Source of the DNA: a virus
Virus record (IMG/VR): IMGVR_UViG_3300019487_000007
DNA: 63,757 nucleotides
Direction: 5' to 3' (one strand)
The position numbers and the translations under genes were made by a program. Of the stretch, positions 15,595 to 24,216 are shown one piece after another (within the stretch, counting starts at the first letter, position 1; every line of letters starts with the position of its first letter). The notes beneath the pieces are model-generated. The model was not told where the DNA came from. It did no database searches and worked only from the letters and a program-made list of their open reading frames with translations.

Positions 15595-16090
15595 CGACTT
15601 TTTCCTTCATGATCTTCTCATAGAGATAGACCCTCCTACGAGATCGTTCATTAATGAACGATCGGACCTCTTTCCAACCCAAAGCTTCTGCGTTGCGGTG
15701 AATCGCGCCGCCACTAATGTCTGTGGCGAGCAGCAGTGTGTAACCCCGCAGTAAGGCCGCTAGTTCTAGGAGCTGAAGAATGGAAAGGGCAAGATCCTTC
15801 CCAACGGAAAGAATCGCTGGCCTAAAGATTACGGCCGTCCCGCAGTTGCCTGGCATGGCTGTTATGTAGCCACTAGCCATTGGATTGTACGGGGGCGAGC
15901 CCTCTTGGAGTTGCACAAGAAGAGTAGTATGGTAAGGATACCACCACTCCACACATTCACCTACCATTACCCTACACTCCAGCCCCGTCTCGGGGTTGGT
16001 AAATTTGCTCAATATAGCCTGATGCTTTTCTGACATTGGGGGTAAGCGGTGGCTCCAAGGAGCCAACCTCGTTGTATCAATCGGCATCAT
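15584..16090 (-). CDS. hypothetical protein (168 aa)
   Basis: ORF. PGNCGTAVIF..LLLATDISGG..ALGWKEV is faintly GNAT-like, but I cannot support that call. Confidence 0.5.
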   Translation of the reverse strand: MMPIDTTRLAPWSHRLPPMSEKHQAILSKFTNPETGLECRVMVGECVEWWYPYHTTLLVQLQEGSPPYNPMASGYITAMPGNCGTAVIFRPAILSVGKDLALSILQLLELAALLRGYTLLLATDISGGAIHRNAEALGWKEVRSFINERSRRRVYLYEKIMKEKVDAF

Positions 16091-16096
16091 GCCTCC

Positions 16097-16429
16097 TCAT
16101 CGGCACTTAGCGCATCTAGTCGACAACCAGTAGCCCTTGGCTTTGACCTCTCCCGGCTCTCCGCAGAGCTCACAAACATCAAGCGACTTACTTTCCGCTT
16201 GATCAATAAGGTCGTCTACGGCGTCGTTGGAGAAATTTGTGTAGAAGCGCAGGCCCCCGTACTTCTCCTTGATGTCGGTGACTTTAAAGTTCGGGGGTAG
16301 ATCAAGAGCCTTGAGGGCTATCAGAAGGTCTCGAAGGAGCGGTGCCCAGCCGTCTCCGACGCCGAAATACAGGTCCCCCGTGGCGGAGGGGTAGATGGAG
16401 TCGAGTTCCTTTTGAACTTCGAGCTTCAT
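16097..16429 (-). CDS. conserved phage hypothetical protein with KEKYGGLRFY motif and C-terminal zinc ribbon
   Basis: IKEKYGGLRFY and CELCG-x17-CAKC. Confidence 0.55.
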   Translation of the reverse strand: MKLEVQKELDSIYPSATGDLYFGVGDGWAPLLRDLLIALKALDLPPNFKVTDIKEKYGGLRFYTNFSNDAVDDLIDQAESKSLDVCELCGEPGEVKAKGYWLSTRCAKCR

Positions 16430-17553
16430 TTCTGTCTCTCCAAGTAAGCGACACTCACTACCTTTAGGGCGACCCTCCCCACAGCGGGGTGATGGCGCTC
16501 CTCAACCGGCTTCACGACGACACCCTCTCGAAGGTGGTTCGCCCCCTTCACTACAGAAGGCCCTTCTGCCAGGGAGAGAACGGACTCCATGTTGAATGGA
16601 ACGATCCCGATTATGGGAGCAATTGGGATATCGAATGGGTAGAGAAGCTCTGGTAAGAGCATGGCATCGACAAAGCCATCCTCCGCGAGAATGTCAAAGG
16701 CTGCGAAGTCGATCTCCCCCGGGCCTCTTCCGTAACGAAGGTCTTGAACGTCCCCGTAGACTTCCCCATAGAGGGCGACTTCCGGATAGGCCCGGAGGAA
16801 GTCCACCACTTGGGGGTACTTGTCGATCACCTTCCACCAATCGGAGTGGTCCTTCAAACGCCATTGAGTACGACTTCCTACCCATAGGTAACGTTCATGA
16901 GAGGGAACGAGGGAGAGGCCCCGGCCAAAACCGCCCCACTTCATGGCGATAGGCCCGACTCGAAGACCATCCCTCGTGAGGACGATCCACTTCGTGTCGT
17001 CCCAAACGGCTCTAAAGTTGGCGCCGTGGATCTTCTCCGTTACCACCACGGGCTCGCCCTCCTCAAAGAGGGAAGAGTAGCGACGAAGGGATTCGAGATC
17101 GTAGATTGGGACACGAACGTTGGGTCGGAACTTCTTGGTCCACCACGGCTTCCTCTCCTTCTCCTTCGGCTCCTTCGAGGGAGGATCGTAGTGGATGACG
17201 CCTAGAGCTGGCCCAACATCGTCCCCTACGGCCCCGCCGACGCGCCAAATGGGGACGACCACCCCGAGGGAAGGTTCCTTCCGCAGACGGATCGCAGTCA
17301 CTCTGTGGTAGAGACGGCCGTCTATGCTCTTTGACGTGCGGCCCAAGTCCTTGAGCCAGGCGAATTCGACCACGTCCAGAGGGACGAGGCTATCAGGAGG
17401 AACGTAGGCGGCCAGGTCACCCTCCTTCCACTCCCCTTTTCTCACTACGCACTGATAGCCCCAGGGTTTGACGATCTCCAGCGCGTCTGCGTCGGGGTGC
17501 TCGTAAATGCGATCAATCCGGAAGACCTCGACTTTGTGTGTTGAACTACTCAT
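16426..17553 (-). CDS. RNA ligase (DRB0094 / Rnl5-like; N-terminal OB-like domain + nucleotidyltransferase)
   Basis: N-terminus HKVEVFRIDRIYEHPDADALEIV. Motif I TEKIHGAN, motif III ALYGEVYG, motif IV FAAFDIL. Confidence 0.7.
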   Translation of the reverse strand: MSSSTHKVEVFRIDRIYEHPDADALEIVKPWGYQCVVRKGEWKEGDLAAYVPPDSLVPLDVVEFAWLKDLGRTSKSIDGRLYHRVTAIRLRKEPSLGVVVPIWRVGGAVGDDVGPALGVIHYDPPSKEPKEKERKPWWTKKFRPNVRVPIYDLESLRRYSSLFEEGEPVVVTEKIHGANFRAVWDDTKWIVLTRDGLRVGPIAMKWGGFGRGLSLVPSHERYLWVGSRTQWRLKDHSDWWKVIDKYPQVVDFLRAYPEVALYGEVYGDVQDLRYGRGPGEIDFAAFDILAEDGFVDAMLLPELLYPFDIPIAPIIGIVPFNMESVLSLAEGPSVVKGANHLREGVVVKPVEERHHPAVGRVALKVVSVAYLERQK

Positions 17554-17788
17554 CGCCGCCCCCTACGAAATAAACGCCGCTCTCCACTAGCCTGATTTTG
17601 TGGATCCGAGTAATCTTCGACGGGCCGAGACGCGCTTGAATCCGCTTCTTCAACTTCCTAATCACCTCGGCTCGGTACTTATCATCATCATCAAGATCCC
17701 AGTCTTCGAGGACAAGCACCTTGTTCCGACTCCCAGAGTCTAGATCGAAGGTGACCTCCCACATGAGGTTGGGTTCCAGCCCTAACAT
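17546..17788 (-). CDS. hypothetical protein (80 aa)
   Basis: ORF overlapping the ligase start by 8 nt. Confidence 0.5.
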   Translation of the reverse strand: MLGLEPNLMWEVTFDLDSGSRNKVLVLEDWDLDDDDKYRAEVIRKLKKRIQARLGPSKITRIHKIRLVESGVYFVGGGDE

Positions 17789-17791
17789 CTC

Positions 17792-18226
17792 CTATCCTCC
17801 TCCCACCCTTCTAGTCCAACTTCTCCTCACTCCGAACTGCCTCGCCCTCCGATGGTCGTCAATGAAAACGTCAATCCTCTGTTGTTTAATCGCTCCCCCG
17901 ATGTCCTCCGCTCTCCGCTTACCCAAGCCCTCGATCTCTACCCATGTACCGATGGGGATGTAGAGGGGGTCGACGGCTATCGTCCGACCCTCTGTTGCCC
18001 TCGCTCCCGTCGAGGTGAAGCCGTCAGAAAAGGGGGCGGTACAGACCTCGCACGTACAGTATGCTGTAAGAAGGAATCTCCCGGGCAAGGGGGGCCGGGG
18101 TGGAGACAGGTAACCCATAAGAGCGAGCGACTCCCTCAGTGGAGCTAATTCGTCCCCGCCACCAGATGGGGATTCCTCCGTCACCCTCGAAGAGGGCGAG
18201 GTGAGGGTTAAAAAAAGGACTACCAT
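17792..18226 (-). CDS. 3D-domain (MltA/RlpA-like double-psi beta-barrel) protein with hydrophobic N-terminus
   Basis: TAYCTCEVCT..GTWVEIEGLGKRRAEDIGGAIKQQRIDVFIDDH. Start refined to the ATG at 18226 (MVVLFLTLTSPSS). Confidence 0.75.
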   Translation of the reverse strand: MVVLFLTLTSPSSRVTEESPSGGGDELAPLRESLALMGYLSPPRPPLPGRFLLTAYCTCEVCTAPFSDGFTSTGARATEGRTIAVDPLYIPIGTWVEIEGLGKRRAEDIGGAIKQQRIDVFIDDHRRARQFGVRRSWTRRVGGG

Positions 18227-18243
18227 CCACCATGCGGCCCTCC

Positions 18244-18450
18244 TCACGCGGCCCCGACCTTCCACCTTGGGCACACATCCCGATGAACGCCAATGCCGAA
18301 CTCTTCCGCGTAGGCGTAGCAGTCAGAGCAGAGTTTGTGCCCGCAGTCCAGATTCCACAACCCCACAGGCAGGAATCCGTCCGGCTGAACCCCACACTCA
18401 TCGCAGACAATGACGGCCTTCGAGAGGTCGCCCCGCAGGTAGATCTTCAT
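18244..18450 (-). CDS. small Cys-rich protein (68 aa)
   Basis: CDECG..CGHKLCSDC pattern. Confidence 0.5.
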   Translation of the reverse strand: MKIYLRGDLSKAVIVCDECGVQPDGFLPVGLWNLDCGHKLCSDCYAYAEEFGIGVHRDVCPRWKVGAA

Positions 18451-18773
18451 TCGAAGTCCTCCTCCTCCTCCTCCTCGAAGCCATCATCGTCGAAGACCCC
18501 TGGCAAACCGTCTGGATCGCTGGTCAGCTCATCTATATCTACTTCCCTACCTCCAGAGGTTGTGGAGGAGGAGAGCCTCCTCACTCCAAGAAGGGAATCC
18601 GGCTCAATCACCCATGTGGTGTAGATTCCGTCGTCCTTGGATGACAGCTTGGAGATGGCATCCACAACATCGGGCTCCCGCCGAAAGAGGCCGATCGGTC
18701 TTGTCTCCAGATAATCGTCGAACGTGAGCAAAAAAAGTTTCACTACCGCCTCCGACAATTGTTGCAGCCGCAA
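18447..18773 (-). CDS. hypothetical acidic protein (108 aa)
   Basis: ORF with an EEEEEDFE tail and an ATGA overlap downstream. Confidence 0.5.
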   Translation of the reverse strand: MRLQQLSEAVVKLFLLTFDDYLETRPIGLFRREPDVVDAISKLSSKDDGIYTTWVIEPDSLLGVRRLSSSTTSGGREVDIDELTSDPDGLPGVFDDDGFEEEEEEDFE

Positions 18774-19027
18774 GGGGCGGCCAGCCCTAGACCTATGAGA
18801 AGTTGATCCGCCCTCAGGGTCTCAGACGGCCTCAAACGAACATAGGCGCTATGAAAGTCCTCTCTAGAAAAGCCTTCCTTTAGTGTTGCGAACAACTCGG
18901 GATAGCAGGTTGGACACCAGGAGATCACTTCTATCTTTTGCCAATCACTTGCGTCCACCGATGTAGTACGTCTACAATAGCTGCATAGCACCTTCTTCCC
19001 CAAAAGTTTTACTTTAAGGTCTACCAT
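18743..19027 (-). CDS. zinc-ribbon protein (94 aa)
   Basis: CSYC..CPTC pattern. Confidence 0.5.
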   Translation of the reverse strand: MVDLKVKLLGKKVLCSYCRRTTSVDASDWQKIEVISWCPTCYPELFATLKEGFSREDFHSAYVRLRPSETLRADQLLIGLGLAAPCGCNNCRRR

Positions 19028-19712
19028 CCCTCCCTCCTATCATTTCTCTGATGGCCTCGGCATAAAGTTGAATCGTTTGGCCCCCCTCGTCTAGTCCGGG
19101 GGCGGAGTTCACCTCCAGAACGACCCTACAACCGTCACTCGTAATCCCCGTGTCAACGGCACCCCAAGCATAACCCAACGCCCGGACGGCCCCCTTTGCT
19201 ATGCTTCGTAGGCCCTTTGGAAGAGCCCTCCCGTAGGAGAGCCGCCATCCAGCTTCGGTAGAGCGGATCCATTCGTGGGCGCCTGGTTTTGGAAGACGTT
19301 GGCCCCAACGAAGTATTCGAATGTCGTCGCCTTCAAAGTCGAAGACGTGGCAACGATACTCCTTGATGAGGTCTAGCTTCTTTGTCCAGAAGGCTGGAAA
19401 GAGGAGTGGTCTCAAGAAGTCTCTTCCGTGGGAGTGATGAAGACTTCGGCCTAGCCACCCTTCTTTCGGTTTAGTTGAGAAGGAAGGGGTGGGTATGCCC
19501 TTTTTTGAAAGGGCCTCCAACTCTACCAACTTGTTGGCCTTGAGAGAGGCTTGAAGGACTTTGGCTCCCACGGCCCACTCCACAGAAGAGCCCCAGTTGA
19601 TGACGACGTCTCCCCTAGAAAGCTTCCTGGGTGAGGTGAGCCGCTTCGCTCCGAGCAGCTTAGAGAGGAGCCGAGCGCTCCGAGAAGGGCGGTCAGCGAA
19701 GACGTAGATCAT
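19014..19712 (-). CDS. ATP-grasp enzyme (RimK-like carboxylate-amine ligase)
   Basis: KEYRCHVF and VVLEVNSAPGL (compare RimK EVNSSPGL). Confidence 0.7.
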   Translation of the reverse strand: MIYVFADRPSRSARLLSKLLGAKRLTSPRKLSRGDVVINWGSSVEWAVGAKVLQASLKANKLVELEALSKKGIPTPSFSTKPKEGWLGRSLHHSHGRDFLRPLLFPAFWTKKLDLIKEYRCHVFDFEGDDIRILRWGQRLPKPGAHEWIRSTEAGWRLSYGRALPKGLRSIAKGAVRALGYAWGAVDTGITSDGCRVVLEVNSAPGLDEGGQTIQLYAEAIREMIGGRDGRP

Positions 19713-19936
19713 TATTTTTCCTCCGAGACGGGCAGAGGCAGCCCCTTAGCAAGGAGTGCGGCATTGATATCGCTCTGCATGCAAGCCTTGGCAGCGAGCA
19801 GCGAGACGGCTGTGTCTACGTCGAACCAGACGACTCGCGCAAAGAGACCATGGCCTGCGGCGTGTTCGCGATGAGCCCGTCTACGGGCGCACTCGAAGAC
19901 GACCTCGCCGATCTTGCACGTTGCAGTGCATTTCAT
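19712..19936 (-). CDS. hypothetical protein (74 aa)
   Basis: ORF with a 1-nt TAATG overlap to the ATP-grasp start. Confidence 0.5.
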   Translation of the reverse strand: MKCTATCKIGEVVFECARRRAHREHAAGHGLFARVVWFDVDTAVSLLAAKACMQSDINAALLAKGLPLPVSEEK

Positions 19937-19984
19937 CCTCTCACCTCCTACGGCGGAAGCGGGTCAGCGCTTCCCTCCTCCTTC

Positions 19985-20845
19985 CTATGCGGCCTTCTGC
20001 CGACAAAGCGTGTATTCCTTGAAGGCAAACTGCCTCAGCTCGATCAGCACTTGCCTCAACTCGTCATTAGACCAAAACCTAGAGGAATCGAGGGGAGTGC
20101 TTTCCTCATTCTTCTTTGACTTCTTCCCGACTCGGGCTCCGGTCATGACGGCTTTCGCCGCTTCTAAGAGGAACTGCGTGCCGCCCTTCGCCTTCTTCCC
20201 CTTTCCCTCGGTCTCTTCTTCCTGTTTCCAGAGGTCTACCTCTGGAGCGATGTTGATCGCACCCATCCAGTCCTTGGATGGATTGGAGTGGTCGAAACCC
20301 TCTCTCGCCGACCACGAGCCCCACCTGAAGGTCTTGTTCTCGTCGGCAGAAAAGAGCAAGAGGCGCTGATCCCCACCGAAATCCTCGAAGGCCGTCACAC
20401 CAGGGCCATAAACCGCGAAAAAGAAGGCTATAGCTCGCGAGTCAGTCCAAGGACCTGTGGGGATCTCCTTTCTCCGCTCCATTATGAGTCTTTTTAGATC
20501 GAATCTCCACGAGTTCCAGTGGCCGTTGTGGAAAAGGACGGTCTTAGCAGTGCCCTTCAAGTCGAGAGGCGTACGAGGAGTTACTACGAAGGGGTGGCAG
20601 AGCCTAGGATCTGTGGCTCCCACAGAGGCCTTTCGAAAGTGAATCACGTAGGGCTTTGGTGGTTCCTTCTTGTGAAGCTTCTCAAGAAGATAGTCCACAG
20701 TGAGACCTTTCTCCCACCGAACCAACCGCTCTCCCTTAATCGTCTCCCGCCAAGCCAGTCCAATCCCATCGGAGTTTCTTTCCTGTGCCCGCTGAAGCAT
20801 GTTGTCGTCGGGGCGAGCCTCCTTAACGTGAAATATGATGCACAC
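19985..20845 (-). CDS. Class-II (Ntn) glutamine amidotransferase-like protein
   Basis: GTG-TGC start gives a Cys2 nucleophile (MCIIFHV). IHFRKASVG..CHPF and FHNGHW. Shine-Dalgarno AAGGAGAG lies upstream. Confidence 0.75.
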   Translation of the reverse strand: MCIIFHVKEARPDDNMLQRAQERNSDGIGLAWRETIKGERLVRWEKGLTVDYLLEKLHKKEPPKPYVIHFRKASVGATDPRLCHPFVVTPRTPLDLKGTAKTVLFHNGHWNSWRFDLKRLIMERRKEIPTGPWTDSRAIAFFFAVYGPGVTAFEDFGGDQRLLLFSADENKTFRWGSWSAREGFDHSNPSKDWMGAINIAPEVDLWKQEEETEGKGKKAKGGTQFLLEAAKAVMTGARVGKKSKKNEESTPLDSSRFWSNDELRQVLIELRQFAFKEYTLCRQKAA

Positions 20846-20888
20846 GAGACATCTCTCCTTCCTCGTAGATCGTCACTTCGCCTCCTCC

Positions 20889-21074
20889 TTACCTTACAAG
20901 ATCGGATAGTATTCGAACGCCACGATGGGGAGTCTTGGCCCCCTTCCCCGCTGGCTGGTACCATTTCGAGTCGTGATCATTCGCCCGCCACGCGCCACAG
21001 CGCCAACACCACAAGATGCGACCCCCGGCGAGAATCCACAAGCTTTGACGATGGTCGTGTGTTCTCAAGCGCAC
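20889..21074 (-). CDS. hypothetical protein (61 aa)
   Basis: TTG-initiated ORF with an LWCWRCGAW segment. Confidence 0.4.
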   Translation of the reverse strand: MRLRTHDHRQSLWILAGGRILWCWRCGAWRANDHDSKWYQPAGKGAKTPHRGVRILSDLVR

Positions 21075-21535
21075 CTCCCTCGACTGGAGCCTTTTCGGGC
21101 GGCGACGAAGGCTTCGATGTGCTCGGCGACCTGGAGAGCGGAAGCGCCGGCGGGCAATTTGTAGCCTGGAACGAATAGATCCGACGCCTCCAATACGGTT
21201 ATACCGAAGAGCGACGTCGCAGGAAACAGCAACTCGACATTAGTGTCTAGCTCGTCCCAATCCACCCCGGCCACCCCCAACCGCGTTACCTCAAAGTCGC
21301 GGGTTAGCCTCAGCCCCAAACGCCGGAAATACGGATCGGTCGTCGCCCAGCCTAGCGCGCAGGCCGTGGTCCCACAGGAAAGATCCCACGCGCCCTTCCA
21401 GTTACCTCCGACCCAAAAGCGGAAGTCGAACCTCCGCTGCACCTTCTTCGTCCGCAAGAGACGCGCCAGCCGCAGCAGGCGCGCGTTCCCCAACTTGCGC
21501 GAAACAGGCTCCACCCTTCTTTTACCCCTCATCAC
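21065..21535 (-). CDS. hypothetical protein (156 aa)
   Basis: FDFRFWVGG..SCGTTACALGWA pattern of a recurrent but uncharacterised family. GTGA overlap upstream. Confidence 0.55.
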   Translation of the reverse strand: MMRGKRRVEPVSRKLGNARLLRLARLLRTKKVQRRFDFRFWVGGNWKGAWDLSCGTTACALGWATTDPYFRRLGLRLTRDFEVTRLGVAGVDWDELDTNVELLFPATSLFGITVLEASDLFVPGYKLPAGASALQVAEHIEAFVAARKGSSRGRCA

Positions 21536-21729
21536 TGGTCCTCTTCATCCTCGAAATAGCCCGCGTCCGCTTCCGCGTCGGGATCGTAGCCCCATCGGTC
21601 CTCGGGGGGATCGTCGGGGGGAGTCGTCTTCCACGAGTCGTAGTCACCGAAGATCATGTTCTCGCCTCTCGTGTCTCTGGACGCTTGCATTCCCACGGCA
21701 CCCCATTGCTTCGTCGTGCCCATTATCAC
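21532..21729 (-). CDS. hypothetical acidic protein (65 aa)
   Basis: ORF with GTGA overlaps at both ends. Confidence 0.5.
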   Translation of the reverse strand: MIMGTTKQWGAVGMQASRDTRGENMIFGDYDSWKTTPPDDPPEDRWGYDPDAEADAGYFEDEEDQ

Positions 21730-22460
21730 TCTCCTTCACACAAATCCAAGAATTGTGCGCCAGGTGACTTGAGCGTGATAAGAGCCTGAAGTCCGACGTT
21801 CGCGGAAATCATCAAGATGTGATCCCGTTCGGCGGAGGCGGCGTAGTCGGCGTAGGCCGCGGAGGCGGCGGAGGCGGCGTAGGCGCCGGCGGAGGCGGAG
21901 GCGGCGGCCGCGAAGGCGGAGGCCGCGAAGGCGGAGGCGGAGGCGGCGGCCGCGAAGAGGGCGGCGGCGCAGTGGAAGGCGGCGCGGGAGGCCTCGCGGG
22001 CGGCGAGCGCGCTATCTCGCGCTATCAGTGCTGCTTCCGCTGTACCTTCTTGCTCACACCGCAACGCCGCCGCCCTGAGGGCTTCCTCGTGATTAGCCGC
22101 CTCCCTTTGCGCCACGCGGCGCAGCATCTCCGGTAATACTTGCCGAATGGTGCCCTCGGCCACCAATCGCGCGAACTCTCTCTGGTCGATGGTGTCGCTT
22201 CCAAGTTGAGCCACGGCCAATTTCCGCAGCCCTGTCGTTCGAGCCTCATCCGAAGACCACCGTGCGTCGTTTAGTGGGATTTTGAACTGTCGGACCGCCT
22301 CGCCCACGCAGTTTGGCTGATCCCCGTGCGGAAGGCCAAGGGCGTAGCAGACCGCGGCCTCCACGCACATTTTCCCCGGCACCGGATTACCGATTCCCTT
22401 CACGAGCCCTGCGTCCACCACTTTCAACACCTTTTGGGCTATGTCTCGTGTGATTTTCAT
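21726..22460 (-). CDS. Ala-repeat protein (244 aa)
   Basis: The ATG at 22460 shares an ATGA with the upstream stop. N-terminus KMCVEAAVCYALGLPHGD. The C-terminus has AAAASASAFAASAFAAAASASAGAYAASAASAAYADYAASA, encoded by GCGGAGGCG-type tandem DNA repeats (about 21830-21975). Confidence 0.6.
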   Translation of the reverse strand: MKITRDIAQKVLKVVDAGLVKGIGNPVPGKMCVEAAVCYALGLPHGDQPNCVGEAVRQFKIPLNDARWSSDEARTTGLRKLAVAQLGSDTIDQREFARLVAEGTIRQVLPEMLRRVAQREAANHEEALRAAALRCEQEGTAEAALIARDSALAAREASRAAFHCAAALFAAAASASAFAASAFAAAASASAGAYAASAASAAYADYAASAERDHILMISANVGLQALITLKSPGAQFLDLCEGE

Positions 22461-22657
22461 TTGCTTACCTCCTCGTCCATGTCCTCGTCGTCGTAGTCTG
22501 TGTAACTTCGGTCGTATACGGCTATTTCGAACACTTCCAGATCGGTGAGCGTGTTCCGGCTTTCTCGCTGGTCTGAGCAGGACTCGCACGCATACACACA
22601 GTGGGGGCACTCCCAAGTATCGGGACACACGCATCGGCTTCGGTCGGTCTTATACAT
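22457..22657 (-). CDS. Cys-rich small protein (66 aa)
   Basis: CVCPDTWECPHCVYACESC followed by an acidic tail. Confidence 0.5.
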   Translation of the reverse strand: MYKTDRSRCVCPDTWECPHCVYACESCSDQRESRNTLTDLEVFEIAVYDRSYTDYDDEDMDEEVSK

Positions 22658-22677
22658 TTTGCTCCCTCCTCCCTTCG

Positions 22678-23340
22678 CTAGCGAGGGCGCCGCTTAAACG
22701 GTTCCAGCTTCAACTTGATGTTGTTGACCTTTCTTTTCCTCTCCCTGAGAAGAAACTTCTCCACCGCCTCCACGAAGCAATGAACGCCGCTCATATACAA
22801 GGCACTCCTCTCCGTCTCCCATCCAGGGAAGAGGCGCAACTCTAGCGTCTTGTGCAGGGTCCAACAGAAGTTTAAGTGACAGTGACGGGCCGAGCCGTCT
22901 GGACCCTTACGGGTCTCGTAAAGCTGCGTTTCGGGGGTAAAGTCCTTACGGCAGAAGTTCCTTCCATTGGGGGCTCGAAAGGTTCCTCTGAAGCGCTTCC
23001 AAAAGTGGTGAGTCTCGGGAATCTCCTTCTCGATAGCCCACGCCTTAATGATCTTTAGAAGAAATCTGTAGAAGCGGGGGGTGGTTAGCCGGAGGTAGTC
23101 CATCCTCGACTTGAAGGAGAGGTGTATGTGGAAGCCGCAAGATGTATCGACTCCGTCAGGCCTATGAGCCACGAGCCACTCTTCCAGGGCGTCTAGGTCC
23201 GAAAAGGCAGGAGAGTTGATCTCTCCATTGTGGTTGAGTTGTGTCCTGACAGAACGGTCCTCAACGATCACCTTCCGTAGGGGCCGTCTGTTCCACCCAC
23301 CCTCCAGCTCAACCCCCACTTTGTAGATGTACTTCATCAA
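22678..23340 (-). CDS. Amidoligase_2-type carboxylate-amine ligase
   Basis: VGVELEGGW, NGEINSPAF and TSCGFHIHLS. Confidence 0.7.
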   Translation of the reverse strand: MMKYIYKVGVELEGGWNRRPLRKVIVEDRSVRTQLNHNGEINSPAFSDLDALEEWLVAHRPDGVDTSCGFHIHLSFKSRMDYLRLTTPRFYRFLLKIIKAWAIEKEIPETHHFWKRFRGTFRAPNGRNFCRKDFTPETQLYETRKGPDGSARHCHLNFCWTLHKTLELRLFPGWETERSALYMSGVHCFVEAVEKFLLRERKRKVNNIKLKLEPFKRRPR

Positions 23341-23873
23341 AGCCCCTTTTGATCGACCTTAATCTGAATGTCGAGTTCATAATCGAAGACGAAATGCTTG
23401 AGTAGCGTGTAGAGTCCCCTCTTCAGGCCATTGGTAAAACGATAGTCCGGCCCTTCTATGAGAGAGAGTGGGATGGTGTCTCGAAGGGGGAAGGTCATGC
23501 CGTCTTTGATGCCCGGGATCAGGAGGAAGCCGAAGTTCAGGACGATACCAGGAGTCTCTCTGCGAAGCGTAGGAACATTAGGCATACCGTCAATTGCATG
23601 GTGCCAGACTCGGTCTAGGCCTGCAAGGAAGATTCCTTCCTCTTGAAAACGCCGCTGAGCATCTCGGTCCAGCTTGAGAACATAGGGTCGAGCCCCCCAA
23701 ACCGGGTCTGTGGCAGGAGAGATCTCCCCTCCCGAGGAGATCTTGAAGGCCTCTTCGAAGAGTGGAGACTTCACCCTCAAGGTAAGTTTTCCTCGCTTTT
23801 TAGAGAAAATGAATCTCTCCCCGCTAGTGTCTATGTTGCTATCGAAGCTGGCGGTGTCTATAATAGATGTCAC
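23337..23873 (-). CDS. hypothetical protein (178 aa), translationally coupled to the amidoligase
   Basis: ATGA overlap at 23337-23340. No motif. Confidence 0.55.
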   Translation of the reverse strand: MTSIIDTASFDSNIDTSGERFIFSKKRGKLTLRVKSPLFEEAFKISSGGEISPATDPVWGARPYVLKLDRDAQRRFQEEGIFLAGLDRVWHHAIDGMPNVPTLRRETPGIVLNFGFLLIPGIKDGMTFPLRDTIPLSLIEGPDYRFTNGLKRGLYTLLKHFVFDYELDIQIKVDQKGL

Positions 23874-23883
23874 TTAACACCTC

Positions 23884-24204
23884 CTATGCGGCCTTTTCTG
23901 TCTTCGAAAGGTTCTTCAAGAGTGGAAGTTTGATCGCCCCACCTTCCCTATCCGTCGCCACGCGGTAGCAGTGGAGCAGGATTTGCTCCGCCAGCTCGGT
24001 CATGTGTTTCGGGCAGAAATGGATGGTCGAGAAGTCTTCCGTCTTCCCGTCCTCTATGACGGAAGCCACGATGATGTAGTGCTCTCCTCCCACCGGGATC
24101 CGATCCTCCGTCCCACACGCGAAACAATAATCCGAAAGGGATTCTTTGTTTCGGTACTCCAAGTAAACGTCCTCACCTACGAAGCTTACTTGTTCCTTCT
24201 TCAT
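23884..24204 (-). CDS. hypothetical protein (106 aa), Cys/His-containing
   Basis: CFACG..HFCPKH pattern. Confidence 0.55.
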   Translation of the reverse strand: MKKEQVSFVGEDVYLEYRNKESLSDYCFACGTEDRIPVGGEHYIIVASVIEDGKTEDFSTIHFCPKHMTELAEQILLHCYRVATDREGGAIKLPLLKNLSKTEKAA

Positions 24205-24216
24205 TTCTTTCCTTTC

